Source of the DNA: an uncultured Desulfatitalea sp.
Lineage (GTDB): Bacteria > Desulfobacterota > Desulfobacteria > Desulfobacterales > Desulfosarcinaceae
Length of the DNA: 64,000 bases
Direction of reading: 5' to 3'
NCBI GenBank assembly: GCA_963668675.2
Contig: CAXXMB010000002.1
Location: 2,048,001-2,112,000 of the forward strand
In this document: positions 61,814 through 64,000 of the stretch, one piece after another
How positions within the stretch are numbered: the stretch's first letter is position 1
Layout of the letters: every line of letters starts with the position of its first letter
Position numbers and translations under genes: made by a program
Notes under the pieces: generated by a model
Told to the model about the DNA's origin: nothing
Seen by the model: only the letters and a program-made list of their open reading frames with translations
Database searches by the model: none

Positions 61814-62662
61814 ATGGAGATCAAAACCTTTGGTGTGGTCGGCGCCGGACAGATGGGCTGCGGCATTGCCCAGGTGGCGGCCGCAAGCGGCCTGAATGTG
61901 ATCATGAACGATATCAAGGACGAATTCGTCGAGCGCGGCCTGAGCACGATCAGCAACTTCTTCGACCGGGGCATCAAAAAAGGCAAGCTGACCGAGGAGC
62001 AAAAGGCTGAGGTCCTTGGACGCATCAAACCGAGCACATCGCTTGACGACATGGCCGCCGCAGACTTCGCGGTCGAAGCCGCCGTCGAGCGCGAAGACCT
62101 CAAGTTCGAGATCTTCCGAAAACTGGACACGATCTGCCGGCCCGAAGTGATCCTAAGCACCAACACCTCATCGATACCCATCGGCCGCATCGCCGCCCAG
62201 ACCTCACGCCCCGAAAAGATCATCGGCATGCACTTCATGAACCCGGTGCCCCTGATGAAACTGGTGGAAGTGATCCGCGGCATCGCTACCTCCGAGGAGA
62301 CCTTCAAGGTCACCTGGGATCTCTCCGAGAAGTTCGGCAAAACCCCGGCAGAAGCCAACGACTACCCCGGCTTCATCGCCAACCGCATCCTCATGCCCAT
62401 GATCAACGAAGCCGTCTTCGCCCTCTACCAGGGCGTGGGCACCCGCGAAGCGATCGACACGGTCATGCAGCTCGGCATGAACCACCCCATGGGCCCGCTC
62501 ACCCTGGCCGACCTCATCGGCCTGGACACCTGTCTGGCCATCATGGAGACCCTCTACGACGGCTTCAAAGACTCCAAATACCGCCCCTGTCCGCTGTTGC
62601 GCAAATATGTGGAGGCTGGCTGGCTGGGTCGTAAAACAGGCAAAGGGTTTTACGATTATTAG
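61814..62662 (+). CDS. hbd: 3-hydroxybutyryl-CoA dehydrogenase
   Basis: GAGQMG, SNTSS-like STNTSS, GMHFMNP, NHPMGP. Confidence 0.93.
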   Translation: MEIKTFGVVGAGQMGCGIAQVAAASGLNVIMNDIKDEFVERGLSTISNFFDRGIKKGKLTEEQKAEVLGRIKPSTSLDDMAAADFAVEAAVEREDLKFEIFRKLDTICRPEVILSTNTSSIPIGRIAAQTSRPEKIIGMHFMNPVPLMKLVEVIRGIATSEETFKVTWDLSEKFGKTPAEANDYPGFIANRILMPMINEAVFALYQGVGTREAIDTVMQLGMNHPMGPLTLADLIGLDTCLAIMETLYDGFKDSKYRPCPLLRKYVEAGWLGRKTGKGFYDY

Positions 62663-62967
62663 AACAGACTCAAACGGGAACCATACAATATGGCGGCCTG
62701 CAGGGAGCATTTTCGTTCATCGCACGCCCATAATGCGATGCAAGCAAATGGTCATCCCGCAGGCCGTCTTCTACTTGGCCGTGGAGACAAAACCATCGGC
62801 TGAACGGTTGTGAAGCATTGGGAGGGAGACCTCCCAGCGCAAAACTGCTTTATACTCCCTCCATAATATGCTAACCGAAATAGTCTCATTCCAAAACGCC
62901 CTACGCCAGGTGTATCGGCAACGCTTTCGACGCATACGACGCGATAGGCGAACAGGCGAACAAACAG

Positions 62968-63645
62968 ATGAAAAACGAAAGCAGGACGAAAAATGGTGAT
63001 CCGGCCGCACGCCAAGGCGTGCGCTGGCTTACGGTCGCTGTCATCGTCATCGTCACCGTCGCCGTAACCGCCGGTCTCACCTACTGGCTCCTCAATCACT
63101 ATCTGTTTCTGAAAGCGTTCCAACCCGTTCAGCTAAAACCAAAAGAAGAGCAGGTGCTCGACCGAAAACTGCGGGCCATCGGCATCGACGGAAAGGACCG
63201 CAAGATCCAACATGCGCCGTTGAAGCCGGAACCCTACAGCGAGCTGGGCGCCAAACGGGAGATTGCGTTCAGCGAACGGGAGTTGAACGCCATGCTGGCA
63301 AAAAACACCGACCTGGCCCACAAACTCGCCATCGACCTGTCCGACGATCTGATCAGCGCGAACCTGCTGTTTCCGCTCGATGAGAATTTTCCCGTTCTGG
63401 GCGGTAAAACAGTGCGCGTGAATGCCGGCGTCGCGTTTGCCTACAAGGACAAGCGGCCGATCGTCAGGCTGAAAGGCGTCAGTATCATGGGGGTACCACT
63501 CCCGAACGCCTGGCTGGGCAATCTGAAAAATGTCGACCTTGTCCAGGCGTTTGGCCAGAACAGCGGTTTTTGGAAAACCTTCGCCGATGGCGTTGAATAT
63601 ATCCATGTGGCCGATGGCCGCCTGGTGGTCAAGCTGAAAGAGTAA
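62968..63645 (+). CDS. Hypothetical membrane-anchored protein
   Basis: N-terminal TM helix, SERELN, GVPLPNAWLG. Confidence 0.75.
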   Translation: MKNESRTKNGDPAARQGVRWLTVAVIVIVTVAVTAGLTYWLLNHYLFLKAFQPVQLKPKEEQVLDRKLRAIGIDGKDRKIQHAPLKPEPYSELGAKREIAFSERELNAMLAKNTDLAHKLAIDLSDDLISANLLFPLDENFPVLGGKTVRVNAGVAFAYKDKRPIVRLKGVSIMGVPLPNAWLGNLKNVDLVQAFGQNSGFWKTFADGVEYIHVADGRLVVKLKE

Positions 63646-63810
63646 TCAACAAGAGATGCTGCCTGCCGTTACCATCACCGTTTTCTATTTTGATGCCTTC
63701 AAACAGAGGAACTGTAACCGTCCAGGGGAATTGGACGGCTCGCACGGATCTGGACCTATCCCATACCGTATGGGCAATCTCACTCTCAATCCGTAACGAA
63801 AGGAGAAGAA

Positions 63811-64000
63811 ATGAAACTGACGGTTAAACATTTCATGGCTTGCTGTTCCTTGGGCTTGATGGTGATGCTGACCGCTTGCGGCGGAGGCGGTAGCGGAGGC
63901 GGCACAGTGGACGACGACCCCATTTCCCCCCAGGAGGGACAATCGACCTATCTCTTCGAACTCCAGGGGCGTGCACCTGGAGGGGGCGGCGAAATCGGAA
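63811..64000 (+). CDS. Lipoprotein, 3' partial (not in the ORF track)
   Basis: AAGGAG RBS; MKLTVKHFMACCSLGLMVMLTAC-GGGGSGGG, open to window end. Confidence 0.75.
   Translation, partial: MKLTVKHFMACCSLGLMVMLTACGGGGSGGGTVDDDPISPQEGQSTYLFELQGRAPGGGGEIG

Noticed and set aside
62800..62880. Hairpin TGGGAGG-GAGA-CCTCCCA region as riboswitch or omega-RNA remnant
   Set aside because: Only one short stem; no family-defining motifs or associated nuclease gene.

Overview
64 kb of chromosome from a sulfate-reducing deltaproteobacterium (Desulfobacterales-like; inferred from gene content, not verified). It holds signalling genes, metK-ahcY, pncAB, NfnAB, a ~20 kb redox/oxidative-stress island (ferredoxin, FprA, rubredoxin, Dfx, Rbr, PerR, citrate synthase, an Nqr operon whose NqrA keeps RnfC-type Fe-S motifs, flavodoxin, FTR/glutaredoxin, stand-alone CooS, a Cys-rich PAS sigma54 activator), a TonB receptor-YfiR-kinase operon, hisIG, PBP1A and thiolase-hbd. 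I saw no rRNA, tRNA, CRISPR, transposase or phage structural genes. Most notable: (1) a three-hairpin ANTAR antitermination leader before a stand-alone FMN glutamate-synthase-family gene, next to a GAF-ANTAR gene; (2) a phage-free holin + M15 L-Ala-D-Glu peptidase pair (type 10 secretion-like) with a 15-nt-periodic SD/GGA leader; (3) a candidate CODH-linked antioxidant island with a perfect PerR-like operator at cooS and a recurring TGAGACA-N4-TGTCTCA enhancer-like motif near sigma54-like promoters; (4) a 179-bp nested-hairpin MITE-like element. All calls come from reading motifs by eye; no searches were run.
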